Positions 25,788-38,890 of a stretch of 64,000 bases of DNA are shown piece by piece (the stretch's first letter is position 1; every line of letters begins with the position of its first letter). The notes beneath the pieces are model-generated. The model did no database searches, had not been told where the DNA came from, and was given only the letters and a program-made list of their open reading frames with translations. Origin of the DNA: Callorhinchus milii (Eukaryota); contig NW_024704743.1 of the NCBI RefSeq assembly GCF_018977255.1, positions 4,900,001 through 4,964,000 on the forward strand, read 5' to 3'. Both the position numbers and the translations under genes were made by a program.

Positions 25788-25805
25788 GGCCAGTAGGTGG
25801 CGCTA
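25788..25805 (+). promoter_or_regulatory. Candidate CTCF motif (forward orientation)
   Basis: GGCCAGTAGGTGGCGCTA, a near-consensus core; motif match only. Confidence 0.55.
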
Positions 25806-27710
25806 GGGGCCCATGATTTGGTCGCCTTATACTGTACATTCGAACCATCTGGGAATCAAAGGCCTGAAAATTCCAGTCAGTCTTAACGCACGAGACCATT
25901 TTTAGCTCTAACTCTTAACGTTGGTTTGCAGGCAGCATCTGGTTAAGAAGCATTAAATCGCAACCTGGTATAAACCTCTCTTTCGCGTGTTAAAGAAGGG
26001 CCTTTCTTCCATGAAAGTATGTCATCCTGACACCAATGTAATAATAATAATCATGTATAATATTTAGAAGAAATATCCCATGGATTTTATGCAATGATTT
26101 TCACACTGGGAGGACATCTCAAAGTGCTGTAGAGGATTTTAGTGCAGTAATAATAATCCTTGGGTGTCAAAGAAACTCTTTTCTTTTCGAATAGTGCCAC
26201 GGGATCTTCAACAACCACTTGGACGAGCAGACAAAGTGTCGGTTTAACGTCTCATCAAAAGGACGTCACGAAGCACGTCACCGGGTTGACTGTAAAGGGT
26301 GGCCACTGTGTATTGTTTAGGCGAACGCACCAGCCTATTTGCAATGCCCTGTTAGACAGCTAACAAAGACATGATCATAACCAGCAGGAATAAAACAACA
26401 ATAATAATAATCTTTGCGTTTGATAAAACGCCTTGTCACATTGGCGAGACATCTCAAGGTGCTTCCCGAATACCGTAAAGTGGAGTGACTGTCTATTTTA
26501 TGGGCGAAAAACAAAAATGAGATTAAAATCACAAGTATGAGGTATGGGAGAAGGGCAGGCAAATAGAACTGAAAAGGGTTGCTCATTAATGAGCCAGCAC
26601 AGCCATAATGGGACAAATGCCCTTCTCCTGTGCTATAAATAAGGATTATTATTATAAATGTCTATGGTTCCAAGTAGTGTGTTCTACTACTGGGATACTT
26701 AACGCCTTGTGGACCGAGAGAGAGAGAGAGAGAGAGTTCACAGTTTGTCATCCGGGTGGGAAAGTGTTCTGAACGAAGTGTAATATTTCTGAGTTTTAAA
26801 TAAAAAGCCTGCCTCCCTGTTATATTTATTAGAGGGTATTTTGGTATTCTTTGATTTCCAGCCATTTGCTTAGCCTTTCATCTGTTGCCATTTAAACCAA
26901 AACCCACATTTCAAAGCTACCCCAGCGTTCACAGTTTGAAAGCCAATCCTGAAGTCAGTCTTTGAAGGCCGCCCCCAAGTTTTAATTTTACTTTGAAAGT
27001 AAATAACAATTGGGTCATCATTCATTGGCCATTTTACTGGAAATGTCGGTAATAACACAATTTAGTAATAGAATCACAGATCCACAGAAATTTATAGCAC
27101 AGAAGACCATTTGCTGCATTCCGCCCCTAAAATACGCAGTCACCACACTTTACAATATATCCTGTGAAGCACTTTGAGACGTGACAACGACATGACTCAG
27201 ATGCTATACCAAAAGCAAAGCTTATTATTATTATATTATTATTATATGGGGCATATGGGGTGCTATACAAAATCCAAATTTGTGTTGTTCTCAGAACGAT
27301 TCATCCAGTCCCATTAACCTGTCCTCTCCCAATACTCCTGAAGTTTACTACTTTTAGGTATTTAGGTATTTATCTAGTTCCTCTAGGCACTGAGTCACTG
27401 ACCTCCCTATTGACTCTATCTAATTTCAGATGCCTCTATCATGTCAGGTTTAATCCTTGCATTTAATATAGCACCTTATTATGTCATCAAGATGTCTCAA
27501 AGTGCTTCATACGATACACTGGAACTGCTGTGACAGTGTGTATTTTTTTTGGGGGGGGCGGTGGAAGTGTGTGTCAAGAGAGGAGGAATGTCTGGAGATT
27601 GCAGCCTATTTCATCCCATCCTTACAGAATAGCAAAGCTCCCACCCCTCCCATCACAGGATCAAACCATTTCTTAATACGCCCAGTGTCCTGACCTCACA
27701 CGTACTGTGC

Positions 27711-28230
27711 GTCTGCCTGGCTCAGTGGTAGCACTCTCACTTCTGAGACAGAAGGTTGTGGGATCAAGCCATAGGTTGGGACTTGGAATGACACAGCCTA
27801 ACGTGACCCTCCAGTGCAGTGCTGGGGGTCTGTTGGATTGTCGGAGGTGCCGGCTTTCAGATGGGATCCCTTCTGCATTTTCACGTGGATGTTAAAGATC
27901 CCAAGACACAATTCAAAAAGAGAAGGTTGTTTCCCCCGAGGTCCTGGCCAGCAATCCACCAAAATAAAAATTGGCGACTCGCTTCATGGCTGTTTGTGGC
28001 ACGTTGGTGTGCACAAATTGGCTCCCGTGTTTTGCCCACTAAATGCACAGTCAATCCATTTGCACTATATCCTGTGAAGTTCTTTGAGGTGTCTCAACAA
28101 AATGGTGCTTTTGACCAATTTTATTCGGGGGATTGTTGGCCAGAACACCAAGAGAGACTCCCTTCTCTTTTCAAATAGTGCCAGGGCATCTTTAAGATCC
28201 GACCTGAACAGCCAGATGGGACCTCGGGTT
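27711..28230. mobile_element. Deu-type SINE (+, 27711-28097) followed by an inverted Deu-type fragment (-, about 28110-28230)
   Basis: ctggctcagtggtagcactctc..tctgagacagaaggttgtggg head; gtggatgttaaagatccc...gtcctggcca Deu-like core. Confidence 0.8.
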
Positions 28231-29169
28231 ACAACAGCAAACCAAGGACAAGTTGCATTTTTATAGCGGCTTTCACATTGGAAGGACATGTCTCATCGAA
28301 GGTTTTAGTAAATAATCCTTACAATTGTTACAGCCTCTGCATTTGCACGTTACTCCACTTTACAGTATATCCCGTGAAGTCCTTTGAGACGTCCCCCCCT
28401 CAAATGCACGGAATATTATTCAAAAGAATAATAATAAGCATATCCTAATAATATAAATAATAGAGGTATAATATACCTCCCATAAAAATACAGTGTGGCC
28501 GATAAAATAAATACAAAATAGTTTGTCGCCATTCCACCCCACCCAAAATTGTCCATTGAGGGAAATAATGAATTAGGTGATGCTTTTTGTTTGGGAACAA
28601 GGAGATTGAAGCACACGGCTGTGTCTTTGCTTTGGTCACGTCGTTGTCCTTGATAGGAGAATAAATTAGGATGAGATAGTCATTAGAACCGCAATGAAAC
28701 CTCTGGAGCGTTCACCAAACATTATGTCAGATTGTAATGACAGGGATTTTAAAGGTTTTGCTGCAATCATGACTGGTATTTTAAATAAATTATTCCATAA
28801 GTCAACCCAGGCCTTCAGAAGCGAATTGCAAGTGACCCGAATCTACAATCAGACCGAGTGTACAGCTTCTTCGCTCGAATTTCACGCTTGTGTTTTTTTG
28901 GTGTCAGACGGGGCTGACATACACGGAAACCCCTCTCACCAGACTTAAGAGTCTCCAAATAAAATTGGTCATTTGCTTCACGGCTGTTTTGTGGGTCTAC
29001 AAAAGTATAATTACTGCAATTTACAGCGAATCTTGTGAAGTTCTTTGAGATGGCCTCTTGATGTGAAAGGCACTATAATAAATGTAAGGATTAATTATTA
29101 AAACCAAATTACTAAGAGCTCCATATGTGCATAGAAATGTCCCTCTGTCTGGAACAGAATGCACACTCT

Positions 29170-30067
29170 CTCCAGAGGGGAACACCCTGAAGCCCCAACT
29201 GTACCTCTCTGCCTCCATCCACGACTCCAGGACCACTGCTGTCCTGACTGAATGTCTGTCAGACATCAAGTCCTGGATGAGAGCTAACTTTCTACAGTTG
29301 ACCGTCACCATCCAGGGATGCACTCGACACCTCACTGAGCCAGTCCGGAACATTGGAGTCTTGTTTGACCCTCAACTGTCCTTTCTACCCCACATTTGTG
29401 CCTTGACCTGCTCTGCCTTTCCCCACCTCCGCAACATTGCCCGGCTCCACCATTGTCTCACACTTCACAAGACCCTTATTCACGCATTCATAACATCCAA
29501 GTTTGACTACGCAAACTCCCTGCTTGTTGACCCCCCCTAACTCCTTCCTCCACAGGCTGCAGATCATCCAGAACTCTGCAGCCCCTGTCCTCTCCCGCAC
29601 CAGTGCTCTGCGGCCCTAATACCCCCATCCTCGCCCGACTCCACTGGCTTACCATCACACAGTTCAAGATCCTGGTCCTCACCTTCAAAGCCCTCCACGG
29701 TCTTGCTCCCCCCGACCTATGTGGCCTCCTAACCTCCTGTCTGCTCACTCCACTCAGCGGGCTCTGGCCTGCTTCACGTCCCCCGCCTCACCATTGGCGG
29801 GCGGGCCTTCAGTCACTCCGCCTACATCCTCTAGAGCTCCATCCCGCAGTACCTCCACCTCGCCCCCTCCCTTGCCTATTTAAGACCCATCTCATACCCT
29901 CCTCTTCGACCGTGCCTTCGGTCACCCTCCTTCCACTCTCCCCCCCCCCACCAACGCCCTCCCCGATCCCAACTCCCAGCTCTGGTCCGAAACACTTAGT
30001 GTCCAGTGCCTTGGGACGTCTTCCAGGTGGTGAAAGACGCTATACACATGTAATCTTGTTGTTGTTG
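29170..30067 (+). mobile_element. L2 LINE 3' fragment (about 0.9 kb), degenerate
   Basis: [54 protein letters not shown]; (gtt)n tail. Confidence 0.92.
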
Positions 30068-31559
30068 AACACCTAATTCCCAGGAAATAACAGTGATAAT
30101 CATCCTTACATTTAGTGCAGCACCTTTCATGTAAGGAGGACGTTTCTAAGTGCTTCATCGGATATAATGTAAAGTGGAGTGACTGTACTTTGTGGATGAA
30201 TGTGGCAGCCAATTGCGCACAGCAGTGTCCCAACAACAGTTGTGGATTGAATGACCAATTTTTTTTTGAAGGAATAATACCTCCAATTGACTAACAGCCG
30301 GGTTCCTAATTACTGTTGCTTCCTAGAACAAATAACTCACATGCACTATTTTGTACTTTTGTTTAATAAAAAAAATCTTGAACCAAAGCTGCACAAGATT
30401 GACAGATTAATGTGGGATATTGCAGATTCCCATCCTCCTCACATACACTTGTAACGAAGGGCTTGCGAACTTCGATAGCTTTGGGTGATGCCGTGCTTTA
30501 AAAATTCGAGGACTTTAAGGGAAGAGGAAAAGATATCTGTGTGGTCCATTTAATGTAGAAAGCATTTTAGCGTTTGATTATCTTTGTGCCACAAAAGCAA
30601 CAATTTATATTTATGAATAGTGCCTTTCGTGCTGAGGGGGAAACTCAAAGCACTTGAGCCCAGATTGGAGGAGAAGTTAAAGGAGGGAGGGAGGGAGGGA
30701 GGGATGGCTTGCGGCCGAAAACATGGTCGAAAGCAACACAACAAACAACAGCAAATTACACTTGTGTAGCGCCCCTTCATGTCGAAAAAACGTCCCAAGT
30801 CTCTCGACAGTCAGGGATTTTTGGATCCGAACTGGGAGTTGGGGTCAGAAGGAGTGGATGGCGGGGGTGGGGTGGGAGAGGTCGAAGAGGAAGGTCTTTA
30901 GAACCCTGATAAACTGAGTCTTTATCTTATAATAATAATAATAATCCTTGCATTTGATACAGCTCCTCATCGCATCTTCGAGACGTCTCAAAGCGCTTCA
31001 CAGAAGTGAACTGTAAAGTGAACTGATTGTATATTTTGTGGGCAAATCTTGAGTCCCAGCATAGCATACGTTACGCTGTCCGCTTACATCGCAAATGCCA
31101 TAGTTCAAGCAAAATCACTTTACATTCATTAAGTAAAGGATCAGTGTGCAGATAGAAAAAACCTTTTGGAAATTGCACTTAGTTAAGAGGATCCTCTATT
31201 GCAATAAAAATGAATTTGTTGAAATGACTGAGATTAGAAATGCAAATTGGACTGAGTTATTTTGTCTCTCTGGAGATGAGACATTATCTAGACAGTAATT
31301 GCGTAAATCTTGCTTGAAGTTTTTGCATATGTGATGTTGCCTTTATTCCTAGAGATCATTAATTCAGGTAGAATTGAGTACACCAGACCCTAATCTCTGG
31401 GATAATAAGATATGGCAGCTTGCCACAAGGGGGCCAAAGTAGGACATGTCAAAGTCCAATTTCATCAACTGTCAAATAAGATTAGCCAGAGTTTACAGCT
31501 GCATCACTTCAGATTATATTGGAAACCACCAAAATCTATCCAAACCATTTCCATTTCAA

Positions 31560-32090
31560 ACCACAGGCTTCAGATCATCCAGAACTCTGCAGCCCGTGTC
31601 CTCTCCTGCACCAGGCTCCGCAACCCTTTACCCCCATCCTCGCCCGACTCCACTGGCTTCCCATCACACAGAGGATACAGTGCAAGATCCTGGTCCTCAC
31701 CTTCAAAGCCCTCCACGGTCTTGCTCCCCTACTACCTCTCCGACCTCCTAACCCCCTACCACCCTGTTCTCTCTCTCCGCTCAGCGGGCTCCGGCCTGCT
31801 TCACGTCCCCCGCCTTGCTCGTCCCACTATCGGTGGGCGGACCTTCCGCCACCCTGCACCCACCCTGTGGAACTCCATCCCGCAGTCCCTCCGCCTCGCC
31901 CCCTCCCTCGCCACTTTCAAGACCCACCTCAAGACCCACCTCTTCGACGGTGCTTTCGATCTCCCCGCTTCCCCCAGTGCCCTTCCCCACCGCGACCCCC
32001 AGCTCGGGTCCGTAACTCTGTCTGTCCAGCGTCTTGGGACGTCCTCCCGACGTGAAAGGCGCTATACAAATGTAATTTTGTTGTTGTTGT
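31560..32090 (+). mobile_element. L2 LINE 3' fragment
   Basis: RLQIIQNSAARVL...[12 protein letters not shown]...FKTHLKTHLF; L2 tail. Confidence 0.92.
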
Positions 32091-33094
32091 GTGTTGTTAA
32101 ACAGGCTCCATATCAAGAGGTTCTTCAAAAAAGCAAAATCTGCGATAAAATAGGATAATTGACGATATGAGGAGGAGTAAAACTTCTCGAAAACACCTCA
32201 GATTACTTCCCGAGTAAACCCTACACTTTCAGATATTGTCGGCAAACGTTCCGCAAAAGGTGAAGTGAACAACCTATTTAACCTGGAGGATCTTTTCCGA
32301 TAGCGTCGCGATATCCTCATCACCTACCGTGAAACAGATCTCAACCAAAAAGGGACCTGTGACAAAACAGTGCTCCTGCAATGCAACTGTAACAATAATA
32401 ATAATCCTTGTATTTGATACAGAGCTCATCACGTCATCAAAACATCTCAAAGTGCTTCAAGGATTTACAGCAGAGTGTACTGATTGCGAATTTGTCGGCG
32501 CTAATAGATAGAAGACAACGACAAGCATCTATCATTGTACGATGAATGCCACAGCCATGAATTAAACTGAAGCAAATTTCAGATTGTTTCCGATTTGAAA
32601 CGACTCCCCTCTTTGCACCACAACCTTGTGTGCCACCCTGGCTCAGTTGCTGGCACTCAACAGCAACAACTTGCATTTACACGGACACGGGGGACATGCA
32701 GGAGACCGGAGCCGGGCGAGCGGAGGCAGCGGGTTGTGGGTTGGAGGGCAAGGAGGTATGAGAGGTAAGGGAGGTGCCAGGGCATGAAGGGGTTTGAAAA
32801 GGAACGTGACAGCTACGAATTGAACGAGCAATTTTATCTGGGAGACCGTTGGCCAGGATGGCGGGAAAAACTCTCTTCTCTTTTCGAGTAGTAGTTTACT
32901 GCATTAGCTTTCCTGTGGGAAAGGTTGACACAAGGATGCTAAAATGTAACAGGCAATATCTTTTGATTTTGTTGTCACGCAAGATAGATCTAGGGACCTG
33001 AATATCAAGACAGATTCAAAGAGCCAGGCTAGCTCAAGCATAAATAATAACTGTGTTCTTGCAGCACGGAGGAACCTCCGTTAGCACCACATTA

Positions 33095-33341
33095 ATCACT
33101 CGTGTTGTAACCGGTCCAAAATAATGGCTCTGCTTGAATGACGGATTAAGGACGCAACAAACAAATTCAGCAAAGAGTGTACTCTAGCCATAAATTAATG
33201 AAAAATGAATGCGCAATTCAAAACCACGACACAAGATAAACGGTTGGAATCTATAGACGCTCAGGGGTCAGGTGATGGTCGTGGAATCTTTTTTTGGGGG
33301 GAGCGTCTGACACATGTGGAAAACCCATCACCATGCTTAAG
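33095..33341 (-). mobile_element. Unclassified interspersed repeat (family X), 3' part
   Basis: Reverse complement aligns with 62091-62340 over about 240 bp. Confidence 0.8.
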
Positions 33342-33774
33342 GCGCTTTACAAATTTAATTTTGTTGTTGTTGGGAAATTGGAGAATAATTGATCCGCACA
33401 TCAACATGAATAATATTACTATTATAGTGTTAATAGTAATAATCCAATATTAATTCCGTTTCAAGATCAAGCTAAAAACTTACATTCGAGCCTTCAATAT
33501 ACTGTCTGAGGAGTTCACACTTGGGTTGTTTTCTTTGCTCTCCTGTTGTCATCTGGAGATCCCGATTATATAGATTATAAAAAGGAAGGCAAATCAATAA
33601 TAAAGTATCTTCACTGAACCATTACAATGCAAAGCCTTTTTCTTGCAAGATAAGCCCTGGGTGGTGCAAAGCAATATTTCAAATGATTTGTTTTCTTGGA
33701 TATTTGTTCCTTTTTTTTGTTCGAACACTGTTTTTTTTATGAAGCTTTTTGTTCTGCTGTTTAAAGGCTGGTTC

Positions 33775-34190
33775 GGCCTGGTTCAACAGGTAGCACTCTC
33801 ACCTCTGAGTCAGAAGGTTGAGGGTTTAAGTCCCACGTCAGGACTTTGAGCTGACATAGCAGTCTTGGGGGAAGTGCTGCCATCATTAGTGGTGATTAGT
33901 TAGTGGTGCCATCATTAAACCGAGGTCCCCTGTTCAGGTGGATGTTAAAGATCAATTGGCACTCTTTGAAAAGAAAAGGAAGTTCCTCCCAGTGTCCTGG
34001 CCAATAATCCTCGAGGTAAAATAGGTCATTTACTTCATGACTGTTTGTGGAACATTGCTGCGTGAAACTTGGCAGCCACATATGCCTACACAATACACAG
34101 TCACTGCACATTACAGAAATTCCTTTGAAGCACTTTGAGATGTCTCAACGAAATTATAAGGTGCTATATGAAATGCAAGGATAATTATTC
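33775..34190 (+). mobile_element. Deu-type SINE, near full length
   Basis: tRNA-like head, ttaaaccgaggtcccc..gttcaggtggatgttaaagatc...gtgtcctggccaat core, L2-like tail; another copy at about 34610-34950. Confidence 0.8.
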
Positions 34191-36062
34191 TTATTAGTAA
34201 TGCGTATCAATACCACACTAGTCAACCTCAAAGACACAATTTCTTTTTTGTGGGAGAGAAGGGTTGCCGATGCAAAGACTGAAACAGTTCACTTCAGTAA
34301 GAAAGTCAAGTTATTCAAAAGAATAGTGCAAACTACAGGTTATTTTCACCTCCATTAATAAGAGTTTGCAGCGGATGTATTTTTAATGATGCAGTGAACA
34401 ATAGTGAGATTATATCTCAAAGGAATCAATGGTTTGTGAGTTTGAATGTCACGCATTGATGGCATGAAATCACTTGATCAATTAAAGAGATAATAATCCT
34501 TGCATTTGATATAGCGCCTCGTCGAGATGTGTCAAAGCGCTTCACAAGATTTCCTGTGTAATTAAAGGTGAAGGCGGCAGCCAATTTTTCATACTGTAAT
34601 GTCCCACAAGCCTGGCTCAGTTGCTAGCACTCTCGCCTCAGAATCAGCAGATTGTGAGTTTGCGAGGAGCCATACATAGTTGTAAGGTGCTGACCTTTGG
34701 ATGAGACATTAAACCGAGGACGTTAAAGATTCCTTGATACCATGTGAGAAAAGAATAGGGAGTTTTGCACAGTGGACCTGCCCAGAATACTCCAGATAAA
34801 ATTGATTTGTAGGTCATGGCTGTTTGTGGGACACGACTGTGTCCAAATTGGTTGTCGTATTGCCTTCATAATACACTTTACAGTAAATCCCGTGAAGTGC
34901 TTTGAGACATTACGGTGGCGTGATGAGGTGTTATACCAAATGCAAGGCTTACTGTTAATTAATAGAGGCCAGGGATTGCAATAACTCTTGGCTTTTATCT
35001 CCCATTACACAATATTGGAAATCTATTGCCACAGGATCTCAATAAGGAATCCAAGCCCACGGAAATGGAAACTCCTTCCGATAAGCAGAAGACGGTGGTA
35101 CCATCCCGTGGGAACTTCCCTCCAGCCCAATCTATTCCTGTACGGATTTCTTATGGCTGGAGAGGAATTCGAAAGAGATTCCTTATTGATGGACTGAATT
35201 TTCTTCAGTACCGATTGAGGTCTGTCTCCACTATCAACGTCTCCTTTACAGTCAGTAGTTAAAAGCGTTGGTGGAAACTTTAGTGCACTTTGGCAGATAA
35301 TTAATTTGTGCCAGAATCACAGCTTGAGTGAAGGGCACTATGTAAATGCAAATTGTTGTTGGGAAGTGAAGACTGTAGGATGGGTGTCCTGAAAGAACAT
35401 CCAAACTATTCAAACTAATCTTGTGATCTTGCGTTCATTTCTTTGTGTCCTCCTGCTGATGCAGTGGCATCCTGTAATGTGATGTGACGTTCCAAGAGAG
35501 AGAAGGGAAAAGAACATTGCCTGGTGGAACCGCGGTCCGTGAGGGGAATGAATATTTAAGAAGCAACTTGAGAGTTCAGTGCACCATCAGAAGTCCAAGC
35601 TTGAGGAGAGAGATAATAATGACAGTGGAATGTTAAAAGCCTGTAGAGGTTGCAAGTCTCTAAAGCCCCCCAGGACCTCATCTGAGAAACATGTCAGTTC
35701 AGAAGATACGAGATACAAGCGTTAATTGGTTGCTTGGAGACTTACCCAAGTTTGTACTGTTTGGCTCCGTTTGGCACATTGGTTGTTTTTTTTTCAAAAA
35801 ACTTTCTTAGATAATAAATAAGTCACACATTTGGTATTGTGCCTTTCACATCGAAGGGATGTCACAAAGTGCTTCACAGTATATACAATAAATTGCAACG
35901 ACTGCGTGTTTTACACCCCACAAACAGCCATGAGGTGAATGACCAATTTTATTTGGGGATTGTAGGCCAGGCCACCGGGAACAACTCGCTTCTCTTTTCG
36001 AACAGTGCTGTGGGAACTTTAACATCCACCTGAACAGGCAGACAGAAACTTGGTATCTCACG

Positions 36063-36427
36063 CGGAGTCCTGTAGCTCAGTGGTTAGAGCACTAAGCGAG
36101 AGACCTGGGTTCGATTCCCAGGCAGGGTGAAACGTTGGGCAAGTTTCCTTACTCCACACGCCTCTCTTTATCTAGCAGTAAGTAGGAATCCGGTTGTTAG
36201 TCGATTGACAGATCACTTTTCCGGGGGTAATAATTCTTTCAAAAATAATAATAATTTGGTCACTCAATCCACGACTGTTTGTGGGACACTGCTGTGCGTA
36301 ATTGGCTGCCGTGTTTCGCCCCACAAAATAAATAGTCAATTCTCTTTACAGTATATTCTGTGAAACGCTTTGAGACGTCGCAGTGATAAGGCGCTGTATC
36401 AAATGCAAGGATTATTATTATTATTAT
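36063..36427 (+). mobile_element. SINE-A long variant inserted into an older minus-strand Deu-type SINE (about 35830-36570)
   Basis: Deu-type sequence breaks at gtatctca and resumes at tccaatgtatggcacc after the (att)n tail. Confidence 0.85.
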
Positions 36428-38589
36428 CCAATGTATGGCACCCCCAGCAATGCTGCACACCCACAGAATTGCACTAGAATGTCAGCCGAGACTAGGCCCA
36501 CGATGTGAGGTTTGAACTCACAGCCTTCTGACTCAGGGTGCAAGTGCTAGCAACTGAGCCAGGCTAACACGTAGGATATGGGATGCAGGGTGTGGACAAC
36601 GCTGGCAACAGCATTATTCTGGCATTTTGCCAGCATTCATTGTGTCTCGCTGGTTGCTCGGAGATTGTGGTGATGGGGCTTCTCTTTAAATCGCTTCAAT
36701 CCTTGTGATGAGTTGGTACATCTAAAGTCTTGCGCTGGGTTTACCATTTGAGTCCACTTAAAATGTCATACACCTCTAAAAGGTCTCCTCTGAGACATCT
36801 TCTCTGGACTGAAGAGCCTTAGCTTATCTGATCGTTGCTCATAGAATATTTCTTTTACACTAGGGATCATCCTCATTGCTCTCCTGTGCCCTGTCTATGG
36901 AGCCTGAACTAGATAAGATCCCCATATCCAGATAATGTCACCGTGTCTAATCATACACAGAATGGAAACCCGGGAGACTATACTGGGAATTTTTAATATG
37001 AAAATAATATGTCCGTGACTGCATTAAGAGGGTCACGCAAATATCAGCACTCTTCCCTGCCTCCCTTTCATAAGAAGGATAGTGACTAGTTTATGAGATT
37101 ATCGACACTTGTACTCTGCATCAAGTGCACCCATTCAATTGTGTTTCACTGTTAAGAAGGTTTCTCTGTTTATAGTCTTTCCGAAGCCATTTCTGGCTAA
37201 TAATAAAGAATCCTTGCATTTGATACAGTGCCTTATTTTGTCATTGAGACATATATAATAATAATAATCATCCTTGCATTTGATATAGTGCTTTTCAAGT
37301 CTTCTAAACGTCTCAAGGCGCTTCACAGAATAGACTGTAAAGTGAATTGACCGTATATTTGTGGGCGAAACGCGGCAGCCAATTGCGCACAGCGGCGTCC
37401 CACTATGTTGTTATGCTCATGTTCATTTTCACCCAAAGCGCGGCTTTCAATAACGTAATGTGGGATTTCACTGACTTGATTCTGTTTGAGGTCTTCCATG
37501 ACAAGTTATACACATGCCTTGCCAAAAGGCTTAGCATTAACATGCCACTGAGAGCGAGTTACAGTACAAATTGCTCCAGTCACCCAATGGTTTATATTCT
37601 ACTTTATAGATGATAAATTGGGCCGTCGTCACGATCCATCTCTGGAAACTGGAAGAGCCGTTGATCACAAAGTAATCAAACGCAAAGTCAGCTTAAGTTC
37701 ATCCGTCAAAAAGTCGGACAAATGCACAATATAATTAAGAAATAATAGGAATGGGAGATTCTTTGGAGATCGCATAACATTCCCCAATGCCTAAACGGTT
37801 GAACGGGTCCAATTTAAATAGCCCGGTTAGTTGACTGTGGATTTTGTAGCTGTGGCTGTTGAATAAATAAAATAATTAAGTAATAAAATAAGGATTATTA
37901 TTATAAAATAAATACTACCCTTTGCGTATATGTAGATCCAGATGGATAATACAGGCTACAACATGTAAAATGACCAATTAGTGTTTATCCTTGGAGGGGG
38001 GGTGGGAAGTAAGCAAGAAATAAGTACAGTACCTCAAGCTGGCTTTGGGCTCCACAATGCTTGTCCTCCAACATGATGACAGATTAAGACCTCGTTTTCC
38101 ACGCTTTAATTTTCAAGCACAGGACTGCACATGTGGTACTTCAGCGAGGTTACGAGTCAGGAGATTATTTGCATTAAGATGTAGGATTATTACGATTTAA
38201 CCGATTATCTTATGCCTGTGAGAATTTGTCGATCATCTAGCAAGGCGACTGTAGGCGCCCGGGAGTGGGGAGGCAAGCGGACAAATAGAGTAGGAGAGCC
38301 TCAGAGACATACAGAGGTGCGAGAGCACGGAAGGATTTGTAAGTGACATTGAAGTTGACATAAAATGAACCTTATGCTTAAGCTATAATGTGACAAAGTC
38401 AGTGATGTTTTGTGGCTTGTGCACACATCAGCTTGCGTGTGCCTATACCCAGCTGTTAAATCCTGATGTCAAGAGCTTGACATGTCGCAGTAAGTGAGCT
38501 GATGACGTTTCCTATGATGTTACTGCGTTTGTAGCATTTACGCAGAATGATCCACCCCTTGATTGAGTTAGAAAAACACAATATATTTT

Positions 38590-38890
38590 ATCAAACTCCT
38601 TCACGTTGGGAGGAGGTTTCAAAGTGCTTTCACAACTCTCTGGGCACCTGAGCTGGGGATGGGGGGGACAGGGAGATGAAGAACCTTGGGGGAAGTGCGG
38701 GGGGTCGGTGAGTGGTGGGCGAGGGGAGCGGGAATGATGACCGAAAGCACATTTAAAAGGTAATCTTTGAGGCGGGTGTCGAAAGTGGGGAGAGGGTTGA
38801 GACGGAGGGACTCCGGGATGGAGTTCCAGAGAATTGGACAGCTCACCTGCCAATGGTGGGGCGAATAGGGTGGGGACATGGGCCGGGCAA
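38590..38890 (-). mobile_element. L2 3' fragment
   Basis: ILWNSIPESLRL...FDTRLK peptide. Confidence 0.75.

Noticed and set aside
31412..32158. 248-aa ORF as a cellular gene
   Set aside because: It is a frameshifted L2 ORF2 C-terminus with random flanking read-through; the same applies to 40448-41155 and 29127-30076
35550..35724. Stop-free, protein-looking frame (…KSKLEERDNNDSGMLKACRGCK…)
   Set aside because: No start codon or good acceptor and no recognisable domain; length is compatible with chance
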